Assembly (NCBI GenBank): GCA_963830915.1
Contig: CAWHOE010000046.1
Span: 32,001-96,000, forward strand
From: a candidate division FCPU426 bacterium
Lineage (GTDB): Bacteria; Oederibacteriota; Muellerivitia; Muellerivitales; Muellerivitaceae
Reading direction: 5' to 3'
DNA length: 64,000 nucleotides
A model generated the notes under the pieces. It had not been told where the DNA came from. It searched no databases and saw nothing but the letters and a program-made list of their open reading frames with translations. Within the stretch, counting starts at the first letter, position 1. Each line of letters starts with the position of its first letter. The position numbers were made by a program, and so were the translations under genes. This document shows, piece after piece, positions 40,151 through 49,918 of this stretch.

Positions 40151-43100
40151 TATTTCACCACCGCTATTTTCAGCAGTAATTTTGTCCCATTAACATCAAG
40201 TTGGGCGTAATAGACGCCATTCAATACTAGGGAACCAAATCCATTCCGCCCGTCCCAGAAAACCCTTTGTAAACCAGGCTCAATCGTTTGACCCTTCAAA
40301 AGGGTGATGACCTTGCTGCCCATCACATCATATAGATCCAATGAAACCGTACTGGCTGCGTTCAAATAGAATTCGATAGTGGTGTTCTCCATACCGGCGT
40401 GGAATGGGTTGGGATAATTACCATAGGTTTTTGCCAGATCAGCCGCCGACAAGAACATCAAGCCTGTTCCCATAGGGAACCCAGTGGGATCTCCCGCGGT
40501 CGTAATGCCGACAGGGTTTCCGGTAACATAATCCTTAGCGCTAATGAAATTGGAGTTATCCAAAGAAAGGGAAACACTCTTAGCGAAGCCGTTAGGGGAA
40601 ATGTCACCCACCAGGGTCAATCCCAACGCCGATGCGTCCGGGACAAGAAATGTATTGGCCGGCATGATAAATGTGGTCGAGGCGGAAGACTGGGAACCCA
40701 CATTCAATGTGACCGCCTGGATACCGCTGACAAGGTACAGGTTCTCGAAAGCCGAGTCGATCGCCACATTCGTCCCGGCGCTATCCCGCGCGTGAAGAAT
40801 AATAGTGTCCGGTTGTATCGGATTTGTACCACTTTGAACTTTCAGATTCATATCCAATAAAGTAACACTCGATTGACCCAAGACCACCGTGGAAAGGAAT
40901 GGCGAGGAATGGACCACGTTCAAGAGAGTGCTATTCGTTCCTGCCTGAATCGTCAATAGATCGCTATTCCCTCTGAAAGCTCCATTTGAAAGGTCAGTGA
41001 CGGTCAAGCTCTGGTTCCCAGGCGAGAAGAATGTCACGGATTGGGTTGTCGTTCCAGCGACCAAAGATTTCGATCCCAAAAGTGGGGTTGTGGAGTCACT
41101 TGAAACAAAAGTAACCGGGTCGATGAAGGAGGTCAAAATATTGAAATAAGCGTCAACAGCATTGATAGTGGCGATCACCCCAGAGCCTGCCATGACCGCT
41201 AATGGCGCCCCCACATTCCCATCACCTGATTGGTGACCGAAATTGGAAGTTTGACCTGGCCATAAAACCTGGAATTTATTGAAAGAAGCCGGAACAACTG
41301 TCACCGGAAGGTTTGCCAATGATAATGATGGCGCGGAAGCCGTAAGGGTCCAATCTCCCGCTTTGTAATCCTGATAATAAAGCACAGCACGGGCGTTCCC
41401 CGGAAGGATATTCACAGTAGGAATCCCTGCCCCACCCGCGGTCAATGAGAAGTCATTGTCCCCTGTGGAATTCGATGTAAAACTAACCACCAGAGCGGAA
41501 GAAAGAGTCGCGGGGTTACCACCTGCATTACGAACCTCCACGGTGATCGGTCCCCCAGGTGAACCCGCGGTCCATGTCGGGGCCGATCCAAGCCAAGCCA
41601 ATTGGGTCGGGGGCAAGGGTGTCGGAGTCAGTGTTGGAGTTAAAGTAGATGTACAAGTCGGGGTGAATGTCGCCGTGCTAGTCGCGGAATTGGTAGTTGT
41701 ATTCGTCGGGGTATTGGTGGCTGAAGCACTCGCGGTGTTCGTGGCCGTATTGGTCGGGGTTTTCGAAGAAGTGTTTGTGGCCGTAGCGGTCATTGAACAG
41801 GTCGCGGTCATCGTATTGGTGGATGAGTTGGTAGAGGTTGGGGTAAGGGTGTTCGTCGTGGTATTGGTGGCCGTATTGGTCGCAGTATTGGTCGCGGTGT
41901 TAGTAGCGGTATTCGTGACTGTGTTCGTGGCTGTACAGGTTGCCGTGTTTGTGGATGTATTCGTGGGGGTATTGGTCGCTGTATTGGTCATCGTATTGGT
42001 GGCGGTATTAGTAGCGGTATTCGTGACTGTATTCGTGGCTGTGTTCGTGGTTGTACAGGTTGCCGTGTTTGTGGATGTATTCGTGGGGGTATTGGTCGCT
42101 GTATTGGTCATCGTATTGGTGGCGGTATTAGTCGGGGTATTAGTAGCGGTGTTCGTGACAGTATTAGTATTGGTCACTGAGTTCGTGCCCGTATTCGTCG
42201 CCGTACAGGTTGCTGTGTTCGTGGTGGTATTCGTGGCGGTATTCGTCGCTGTGTTCGTGGCTGAATTCGTGGCAGTATACGTAGCGCTATTGGTCGCTGT
42301 GTTGGTAACGGTGTTCGTAGCTGTATTAGTAGGCGTATTGGTCGCTGTATTGGTTGCGGTGTTCGTCGTGGTTGGTGTCGCGGCTGCCACCATATGAGTG
42401 TTCCCTGTCACTGTCGCCACCGCCACCACTGCCGCCCGTCCCGTAGATGCTCCTGCCCCCACGATGTTTTCGCTATCGATAATATTGTTGAAAGTCTTAC
42501 TGACCAGTCCGCTCTCATTCAAGCTGAAGACCAGTAAAAGCGTTTGGGGCGCACCAGATGTCAAAGTCACAACACCCGACAGATTCACGAAGGTAACTGA
42601 CCCACTTGTGTCGAAATTCAGATTCCCTTGGATCAACGTATCCGTCGCATCATAAAGCCCGTTCGCCGAGGGTTTATTGTCCAGGTACAATCCTACGCTT
42701 CCCGAAACCACGTCACTCTGCCAGTTCAGAGTCCCCCCTCCCGTTAAGACCAGTTGTTTAACTAGGACATTTTCCTGGGCGCTGGTAGTCAGGATAAACT
42801 GAACGCTGGACGCGTTCGTTTGGTTATAAGGATAGGTCTGGGACAAAGGCCAAACAGGCCCATGCGAGGATAGGGCCAATGAAATGGTCGGGGTATTGGT
42901 GGGTGTATTCGTAGCCGTGTTGGTTGCTGTATTCGTCGCAGTGTTTGTTGCCGTACTGGTCAGGGTATTGGTCGCGGTATTAGTAGGGCTATTCGTAACG
43001 GTATTGGTAGCAGTGTTAGTGGCCGTGTTCGTCGCAGTATTAGTCGCCGTATTGGTCAGGGTATTCGTCACCGTACAGGTCGCCGTATTCGTAGCGGTAT

Positions 43101-46047
43101 TACTAGCAGTATTAGTCGGAGAGTTAGTGGCCGTATTCGTCGCTGTGTTTGTTGCCGTGTTGGTAGTGGTGTTGGTCGAGGTATTCGTCTGGGTGTTAGT
43201 CGCCGTATTCGTCGCTGTGCTCGTCGCTGTGTTGCTAGCGGTACTGGTGTCCGTATTGGTGGCGGTATTCGTCGCTGTGTTTGTGGCCGTACTAGTAACT
43301 GTGTTCGTAGCCGTATCGGTGGCTGTATTCGTCGCAGTATTAGTTGCGGTGTATGTCGGGGTGTTGGTCGCCGTGTTCGTTGCGGTATTACTAGTGGTAT
43401 TGGTCGGAGAGTTAGTGGCTGTATTCGTCGCCGTATTCGTGGCAGTGTTAGTCGCCGTCGGGGTTGGGGTCGCTAGTGTAATGGTCGCTCCTGTGACCGG
43501 GGCTCCCGATACCTGAAGGGCCTGTTGGGACAACACCCCTCCGCCTTGAACACTCGTATTGAATTGGATCTGAGCGGTATAGGTGCCAGTCGCCGCGCTT
43601 CCGGTAAAATCGTAAGTAACCAAATAGTTTTGAGAACCCAAAGAAGCCAGGGCCGCTAACGGGAATCCCCCCAGGGTGACTGAATGGCTGGAAAAGGTAG
43701 AACTGGCCAATAACACCGACGACCCGTCGACTACTCCACTCCGGTTAACATCTTTCCAAAGCTTTACCGCCTGGATGCCCGAATCACTCCCTGTCTCAGT
43801 AACAGGAGAATTCAGGATGACATAACTAACAGTGACCGGTTCGCCGCTGGCATCGACGATCTTAAAATCCACAACCGGAACATTAACATTGCCGGGTATC
43901 TGGATCGAATCGGTCGGTGTGGTATATCCCGCCCCGATCGCCACGAATGGTTGAGTTGGCGTACTTGTCGCTGTATTCGTGGCAGTATTAGTCGCCGTAT
44001 TGGTCAGGGTATTCGTCACCGTACAGGTCGCCGTATTCGTAGCGGTATTACTAGCAGTATTAGTCGGAGTGTTCGTGGCCGTATTCGTAGCTGTGTTTGT
44101 TGCCGTGTTGGTAGTGGTGTTGGTCGAGGTATTCGTCTGGGTGTTAGTCGCCGTATTCGTCGCTGTGCTCGTCGCTGTGTTGCTAGCGGTACTGGTGTCC
44201 GTATTGGTGGCGGTATTCGTCGCTGTGTTTGTGGCCGTACTAGTAACTGTGTTCGTAGCCGTATCGGTGGCTGTATTCGTCGCAGTATTAGTTGCGGTGT
44301 ATGTCGGGGTGTTGGTCGCCGTGTTCGTTGCGGTATTACTAGTGGTATTGGTCGGAGAGTTAGTGGCTGTATTCGTCGCCGTATTCGTGGCAGTGTTAGT
44401 CGCCGTCGGGGTTGGGGTCGCTAGTGTAATGGTCGCTCCTGTGACCGGGGCTCCCGATACCTGAAGGGCCTGTTGGGACAACACCCCTCCGCCTTGAACA
44501 CTCGTATTGAATTGGATCTGAGCGGTATAGGTGCCAGTCGCCGCGCTTCCGGTAAAATCGTAAGTAACCAAATAGTTTTGAGAACCCAAAGAAGCCAGGG
44601 CCGCTAACGGGAATCCCCCCAGGGTGACTGAATGGCTGGAAAAGGTAGAACTGGCCAATAACACCGACGACCCGTCGACTACTCCACTCCGGTTAACATC
44701 TTTCCAAAGCTTTACCGCCTGGATGCCCGAATCACTCCCTGTCTCAGTAACAGGAGAATTCAGGATGACATAACTAACAGTGACCGGTTCGCCGCTGGCA
44801 TCGACGATCTTAAAATCCACAACCGGAACATTAACATTGCCGGGTATCTGGATCGAATCGGTCGGTGTGGTATATCCCGCCCCGATCGCCACGAATGGTT
44901 GAGTTGGCGTACTTGTCGCTGTATTCGTGGCAGTATTAGTCGCCGTATTGGTCAGGGTATTCGTCACCGTACAGGTCGCCGTATTCGTCGCGGTATTCGT
45001 AGCGCTATTGGTAGCGGAATCGGTTGCTGTATTCGTTGCGGTATTACTAGCGGTATTAGTCGGAGTGTTCGTGGCCGTATTCGTAGCTGTGTTTGTGGCT
45101 GTACTAGTAGCTGTGTTCGTAGCCGTATCAGTTACTGTGTTTGTGACCGTATTGGTAGCGGTGTTTGTCGCAGTATTCGTCGCAGTATTAGTTACGGTGT
45201 ATGTCGGTGTGTTGGTCGCCGTGTTCGTCGAGGTGTTCGTCGCGCTATTGGTAGCTGAATCGGTTGCCGTGTTCGTTGCGGTATTACTAGTGGTATTGGT
45301 CGGAGTGTTAGTGGCTGTATTCGTCGCCGTATTCGTGGGTGTAGGAGTAACTGTACATTGACCAGATAAAACATTGAAATTTACAACCACCGCCGTACCC
45401 GTCACACCTGAATCTTCCGACGTTGTCGCAATTCCGACATAATAGGGGTATGGCATGGGAAAATTAGAAAAATCAATTATTGTCCAGTTATTACCATCGG
45501 TAGAAAAGTAACCTAAAAAATTATTCCCTTGCCTTGTCAATCGCACAAAACCCACCGAGGGGTTGGAATAGGTCCCTGCATCCGTCGGAAAGGCATAATC
45601 ATTGACCGCAGACCTTGCTTCAAAGGTATAACCAAATAAGTTGGATGCTCCGACAAAAGCCATGAGGTCACCGGGGCTGGGACTACCCGACCAAGAACGC
45701 ATCATGATTCCACATTTACCGTCAAAACCTCCACCACCAACGTTAGGCACGGAATTGACCTGTAAGGTTATATCGCTATCTTCGTTCACTTCTTGATATA
45801 TGAATAAGAATGAATCGGCGGTACCATCGATAGAAGCACCATCAGCTGTAATGGTTAAGGCGGCTCCCTCGGCTTGAGTTGTTCCTGGTGTACTATCGTT
45901 GATATTAAGAGCTGTCCAAAAAGAGGAAATGGAACCCGAATTGGCATTGAAGGGATCGCTAAATAAACATTGAGCTTGGGAAAAAAGAGGAAAAAGAAAA
46001 AAGCCGGCAAGGACAATCAAATATAATGAATTTTTTAGCCTTTTCAT
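40150..46047 (-). CDS. Giant secreted surface protein: ConA-like N-domain, TATN repeat stalks, repeated beta-sandwich domains, T9SS/FlgD-like C-terminal domain
   Basis: Signal peptide; KCGIMMR..VRLTRQGN.F.GYFSTDG..W (DUF1349/ConA-like); C-terminus NYPNPF...YDVMG...WDGRNG.G..V.NGVY...KIAVVK. Confidence 0.88.
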   Translation of the reverse strand: MKRLKNSLYLIVLAGFFLFPLFSQAQCLFSDPFNANSGSISSFWTALNINDSTPGTTQAEGAALTITADGASIDGTADSFLFIYQEVNEDSDITLQVNSVPNVGGGGFDGKCGIMMRSWSGSPSPGDLMAFVGASNLFGYTFEARSAVNDYAFPTDAGTYSNPSVGFVRLTRQGNNFLGYFSTDGNNWTIIDFSNFPMPYPYYVGIATTSEDSGVTGTAVVVNFNVLSGQCTVTPTPTNTATNTATNTPTNTTSNTATNTATDSATNSATNTSTNTATNTPTYTVTNTATNTATNTATNTVTNTVTDTATNTATSTATNTATNTATNTPTNTASNTATNTATDSATNSATNTATNTATCTVTNTLTNTATNTATNTATSTPTQPFVAIGAGYTTPTDSIQIPGNVNVPVVDFKIVDASGEPVTVSYVILNSPVTETGSDSGIQAVKLWKDVNRSGVVDGSSVLLASSTFSSHSVTLGGFPLAALASLGSQNYLVTYDFTGSAATGTYTAQIQFNTSVQGGGVLSQQALQVSGAPVTGATITLATPTPTATNTATNTATNTATNSPTNTTSNTATNTATNTPTYTATNTATNTATDTATNTVTSTATNTATNTATNTDTSTASNTATSTATNTATNTQTNTSTNTTTNTATNTATNTATNTPTNTASNTATNTATCTVTNTLTNTATNTATNTATSTPTQPFVAIGAGYTTPTDSIQIPGNVNVPVVDFKIVDASGEPVTVSYVILNSPVTETGSDSGIQAVKLWKDVNRSGVVDGSSVLLASSTFSSHSVTLGGFPLAALASLGSQNYLVTYDFTGSAATGTYTAQIQFNTSVQGGGVLSQQALQVSGAPVTGATITLATPTPTATNTATNTATNTATNSPTNTTSNTATNTATNTPTYTATNTATNTATDTATNTVTSTATNTATNTATNTDTSTASNTATSTATNTATNTQTNTSTNTTTNTATNTATNTATNSPTNTASNTATNTATCTVTNTLTNTATNTATNTATNTATNTVTNSPTNTATNTLTSTATNTATNTATNTATNTPTNTPTISLALSSHGPVWPLSQTYPYNQTNASSVQFILTTSAQENVLVKQLVLTGGGTLNWQSDVVSGSVGLYLDNKPSANGLYDATDTLIQGNLNFDTSGSVTFVNLSGVVTLTSGAPQTLLLVFSLNESGLVSKTFNNIIDSENIVGAGASTGRAAVVAVATVTGNTHMVAAATPTTTNTATNTATNTPTNTATNTVTNTATNSATYTATNSATNTATNTATNTTTNTATCTATNTGTNSVTNTNTVTNTATNTPTNTATNTMTNTATNTPTNTSTNTATCTTTNTATNTVTNTATNTATNTMTNTATNTPTNTSTNTATCTATNTVTNTATNTATNTATNTATNTTTNTLTPTSTNSSTNTMTATCSMTATATNTSSKTPTNTATNTASASATNTPTNTTTNSATSTATFTPTCTSTLTPTLTPTPLPPTQLAWLGSAPTWTAGSPGGPITVEVRNAGGNPATLSSALVVSFTSNSTGDNDFSLTAGGAGIPTVNILPGNARAVLYYQDYKAGDWTLTASAPSLSLANLPVTVVPASFNKFQVLWPGQTSNFGHQSGDGNVGAPLAVMAGSGVIATINAVDAYFNILTSFIDPVTFVSSDSTTPLLGSKSLVAGTTTQSVTFFSPGNQSLTVTDLSNGAFRGNSDLLTIQAGTNSTLLNVVHSSPFLSTVVLGQSSVTLLDMNLKVQSGTNPIQPDTIILHARDSAGTNVAIDSAFENLYLVSGIQAVTLNVGSQSSASTTFIMPANTFLVPDASALGLTLVGDISPNGFAKSVSLSLDNSNFISAKDYVTGNPVGITTAGDPTGFPMGTGLMFLSAADLAKTYGNYPNPFHAGMENTTIEFYLNAASTVSLDLYDVMGSKVITLLKGQTIEPGLQRVFWDGRNGFGSLVLNGVYYAQLDVNGTKLLLKIAVVK
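43034..44988 (-). repeat. Near-identical 948-bp (316-codon) intragenic tandem duplication
   Basis: GGCTCCCGATACCTGAAGGG occurs at 43501 and 44449; the PFVAIGAGY...TGATITLA domain appears twice verbatim. Confidence 0.92.
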
Positions 46048-46586
46048 CAGTACCGTTCAAACGAGTAATAAGTTGCGATTTATTGAAGAATTATACATTT
46101 TTTTATCGTGAAAAGACCAAGAAGGTTCTCATTACGACTGTTTTCAACGATTTTCGTGGATCCTTATGCATTAACAAACACATCTGTTTGCCAATCAAAT
46201 CACACTTCGCACTAAGTGGAAGGTTCGTTTGGTGAAAAATATAACTTTAGATTACAACTAGAGTTGCAAACTCTTCCTATAGCATCTACACCATAGTTAC
46301 TAACGGTAACTGGATTTAGGGATAGGGCCAACACTAGACTATTGCCCCCCCACAAAGGGGCAAATGGTTTTCAATGCTAGGTGATTTAACCTTTATGGCA
46401 GCAATTACTAAATCCTTTAAACAGGGCATTTAGACTTTATTTTGAAAAACATTTTCTTTTAACAGCGGGACTTTATACCGGAGTTTGTTAAAAATCATCC
46501 AATACTGCCATTTTATTGGAGACGACATTGGGATTTCAAAACACCTGAAGGACAGCGGCCAACGAAATAAAAGAAACATAAAAAGT

Positions 46587-48899
46587 TTATGGTGAAGTTT
46601 GAAAACTTAGTATCCCACTTTGAGCAATCAGAACACCATTTGCGTTCGAGACGGAAACATCATAATAGTAGATCAAAGCAGGCTCCAACCCGTTCAGAAT
46701 TATTGAATGGGTTTGGGCAAAGGTCTTATCTGGAACACTTCCGCCAAGATTGTCGGGCGATATTCCATAGTTTACTTTTCCAAAACCCGAACAATTGGAC
46801 GTCCATGTAATGGTAACACTTGTTGATGTAGCTTGAGCTGTTGGCCCAGTTGTGATCGAACAAACTGTAGGAGTGGAGGTAAATGTTACCGTCGGTGTTG
46901 ACGCAGGAGCGGCCAGCACAAAAGTTTGAACACCACTTATAGCGATAATAACTCCGTTAGCGCTAGTTGTTGATACGGTGTAATAATATGTAAGTCCGGT
47001 TTGAAGACCGGTCAAAACTATTGAATGATTCTGTAGGAATTGTTTGTCCTGAACAACTCCGTTGAGACTTGTTGAACTGATTCCATAATGTAGTATCCCA
47101 AATCCCTGACAATTGCTGGACCAATTAATCGTGACGCTGTTTGTTCCCGTCTGGGCAGTAGGTCCGCTCGAAATAGAACATACGGTCGGTGTCCAAGTAA
47201 ACGTCAATGTTGCAGTCGGGGGTACCGGTGTATTTGTGGATGTCACTGTCGGCGTATCGGTCGCAGGCACTGCCGTTTCGGTAGATGTTGAAGTAGGCGT
47301 ATCCATCGGAGGAATTACCGTATTGGTGTAAGTGAACGTCAGCGTATCCGTTGGTGGTACGAATGTGTTTGTGTATGTCGCTGTCGGCGTATCGGTCGCA
47401 GGCACTGCCGTTTCGGTAGATGTTGAAGTAGGCGTATCCGTCGGAGGAATAACCGTATTGGTGTAAGTGAACATCGGCGTGTCCGTTGATGGTATGAATG
47501 TGTTTGTGGATGTCACTGTCGGCGTATCGGTCGCAGGCACTGCCGTTTCGGTAGATGTTGAAGTAGGCGTATCCGTCGGAGGAATAACCGTATTGGTGTA
47601 AGTGAACATCGGCGTGTCCGTTGATGGTATGAATGTGTTTGTGGATGTCACTGTCGGCGTATCGGTCGCAGGCACTACCGTGTTTGTAACTGTCGGAGTA
47701 GGCGTATCCGTCGGAGGAATAACCGTATTGGTGTAAGTGAACGTCGGCGTGTCCGTTGATGGTATGAATGTGTTTGTGGATGTCACTGTCGGCGTATCGG
47801 TCGCAGGCACTACCGTGTTTGTAACTGTCGGAGTAGGCGTATCCGTCGGAGGAATAACCGTATTGGTGTAAGTGAATGTCAGCGTATCCGTTGGTGGTAT
47901 GAATGTGTTTGTGGATGTCACCGTCGGTGTATCGGTCGCAGGCACTGCCGTTTCGGTAGATGTTGAAGTAGGCGTATCCGTCGGAGGAATAACCGTATTG
48001 GTGTAAGTGAATGTCAGCGTATCCGTTGGTGGTATGAATGTGTTTGTGGATGTCACCGTCGGTGTATCGGTCGCAGGCACTGCCGTTTCGGTAGATGTTG
48101 AAGTAGGCGTATCCGTCGGAGGAATAACCGTATTGGTGTAAGTGAACGTCGGCGTGTCCGTTGATGGTATGAATGTGTTTGTGGATGTCACCGTCGGTGT
48201 ATCGGTCGCAGGCACTGCCGTTTCGGTAGATGTTGAAGTAGGCGTATCCGTCGGAGGATTAGCGGTGTTGGTATTAGTAAATAAAGGTGTGGCAGGCTGA
48301 GGAATATAAGTATTCGTTGAAGTTAAAGTTGGCAATCCATTCAAAGGAACTGAAGTGAAAGTTGGAGTTTCGGTCGAAAACACTTCCGTATAAGCGAATG
48401 TTGAAGTCGGTGTAATTATTGGTGGAATAGACGTATTGGAATAAGTAAAGGTTGGTGTATCGGTCGGTGGTATTGAAGTATTAGACGACGTCAATGTTGG
48501 CAATGCATTTAGTGGAGCCGAAGTAAAAGAAGGCGTTTCGGTCAGAACCAACTGGGTATTCGTGGAAGTAAAGGTCGGGCTATTCGTTGGTGGAATAGTC
48601 GTATTTGTATAGGTAATCGTCGGCGTTCCTGTAAAAGTAAACGTATAAGTGGCTGTCAAGAATGCGGGTGTAAAGGTCGGTGATAGGCTAGGCGTTACCG
48701 TTGGAACAATAACGGTAAATGTCAACGAAGGGGCTACCTGCAACTGAGGATTCGTTAAAGTAACTGTGGCTTTTTGGCAAGATGCATTTATGGGCAACGC
48801 ACGTGCAAAATCAGTAGAGAAAATGTAAACACCAGATAAAAAAAGAATCAAATAACCCATGTGAAAACGCTTAATTAAAACTAATAAAACCAATTTCAA
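46587..48899 (-). CDS. Secreted Thr/Pro-rich protein with two C-terminal FN3-like (purple-acid-phosphatase N-terminal-like) domains
   Basis: Signal peptide; TDTPT repeats; two copies of SVTI.W.SNC.G.G...YG...HSI.L.GL.....YYY.VS; no PNP-type C-terminal domain. Confidence 0.8.
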   Translation of the reverse strand: MKLVLLVLIKRFHMGYLILFLSGVYIFSTDFARALPINASCQKATVTLTNPQLQVAPSLTFTVIVPTVTPSLSPTFTPAFLTATYTFTFTGTPTITYTNTTIPPTNSPTFTSTNTQLVLTETPSFTSAPLNALPTLTSSNTSIPPTDTPTFTYSNTSIPPIITPTSTFAYTEVFSTETPTFTSVPLNGLPTLTSTNTYIPQPATPLFTNTNTANPPTDTPTSTSTETAVPATDTPTVTSTNTFIPSTDTPTFTYTNTVIPPTDTPTSTSTETAVPATDTPTVTSTNTFIPPTDTLTFTYTNTVIPPTDTPTSTSTETAVPATDTPTVTSTNTFIPPTDTLTFTYTNTVIPPTDTPTPTVTNTVVPATDTPTVTSTNTFIPSTDTPTFTYTNTVIPPTDTPTPTVTNTVVPATDTPTVTSTNTFIPSTDTPMFTYTNTVIPPTDTPTSTSTETAVPATDTPTVTSTNTFIPSTDTPMFTYTNTVIPPTDTPTSTSTETAVPATDTPTATYTNTFVPPTDTLTFTYTNTVIPPMDTPTSTSTETAVPATDTPTVTSTNTPVPPTATLTFTWTPTVCSISSGPTAQTGTNSVTINWSSNCQGFGILHYGISSTSLNGVVQDKQFLQNHSIVLTGLQTGLTYYYTVSTTSANGVIIAISGVQTFVLAAPASTPTVTFTSTPTVCSITTGPTAQATSTSVTITWTSNCSGFGKVNYGISPDNLGGSVPDKTFAQTHSIILNGLEPALIYYYDVSVSNANGVLIAQSGILSFQTSP
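47230..48258 (-). repeat. 135-bp tandem repeat (3 x 45-bp subunits), about 8 copies
   Basis: The GGCACT anchor recurs at 47266, 47401, 47536, 47671, 47806, 47941, 48076 and 48211. Confidence 0.92.
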
Positions 48900-49139
48900 T
48901 TAAACCTCCGGCCCGAAACAAATCAATCGAAAAAAACAGTGAATTCACCTATTAATGATTCTGGGATTTAAAGAGTGTGGAGTTTCTATATTTAATTTTA
49001 ACAGCTTATAAACAGAAAAGAGCTAACATTTTCATTAAATAGAGACTGATCAAAAAAGGAAATTACGTCTCTTTTAGGCATAATTGTGGAAATCGCCTGT
49101 TAAATAGGGTTTTAACAATACAACGAGCACTAAAAAAAA

Positions 49140-49918
49140 TTAGGATTCCTTATATTTTCTGGTCAATTCCTTCATATCTTCCCAGACGTCCTTTTTGTAC
49201 CTTTCGTCCCTTAATAAGGCGGCAGGATGGTATGTGACCCTCAACGGAATGCCTTCAAGATCGTGCCATTTGCCTCGAAGTTTCCCGACAGCTTCCTTAG
49301 TTCTTAAAAGGGCCTGCGCGGCGCTAGCGCCCATGGCCATGATCAATTTAGGTTTGAGGATCTTGATCTGTTCCTCAAGATAGCCTCGGCAAAGTTCGAC
49401 TTCTTCGGGTAAGGGTGCCCGGTTTCCTGGCGGGCGGCATTTAAGGACATTCGCGATGAAAACATCCTGTCTTTTCCAGGTCTGGGTGGATTCAATGATC
49501 TTGGTAAGTAGTTGGCCCGCGCGGCCAACGAAAGGTAGCCCTTGTTGGTTTCATCGGCCCCGGGCGCTTCTCCCACGAATAGAACCTCCGCTTTAGGATT
49601 CCCGCTTCCAAAAACGAAATTCTTGCGGGTTTTCCCCAGCGGACATTTTTGGCATTCACAAATGTCCCGGTCAAAAGCCGTCAATTCCATCGCTTGGACT
49701 GTTTCGGGATGAAGGGTCATCCATTTTGGTTGATGGAAAGCATATTCAGCGGACGGCTCAGAAACAAAGTCCTCCCTTATTTCTTCGATCTTCAGATCAG
49801 GAGCAATCTTGGGAACAGGATCGGTTGATGACAAATTGTCAGACGCGGCAGATAGATATCGAACACCCATTCGCTTACACATTTCAAGATATTGTCTTAA
49901 TTCGGTTGGTTGATCCAT
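49140..49918 (-). CDS. udg: Uracil-DNA glycosylase family 4, split by a frameshift near 49550
   Basis: CQKCPL..TR...VFG.G and VGEAPG; shifted frame continues [34 protein letters not shown]. Confidence 0.9.

Noticed and set aside
43034..44988. Diversity-generating retroelement template/variable repeat pair
   Set aside because: The copies are tandem and near-identical without adenine-specific mismatches, and no reverse transcriptase is present in the window.
3685..45361. Val-rich plus-strand ORFs (e.g. 3685-4179, 7118-8218, 41456-45361)
   Set aside because: They are antisense shadows of Thr-rich (ACN) repeats in the real minus-strand genes.
47230..48258. Regular repeats resembling a CRISPR array
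   Set aside because: They are in-frame coding tandem repeats with no unique spacers, and there are no cas genes in the window.
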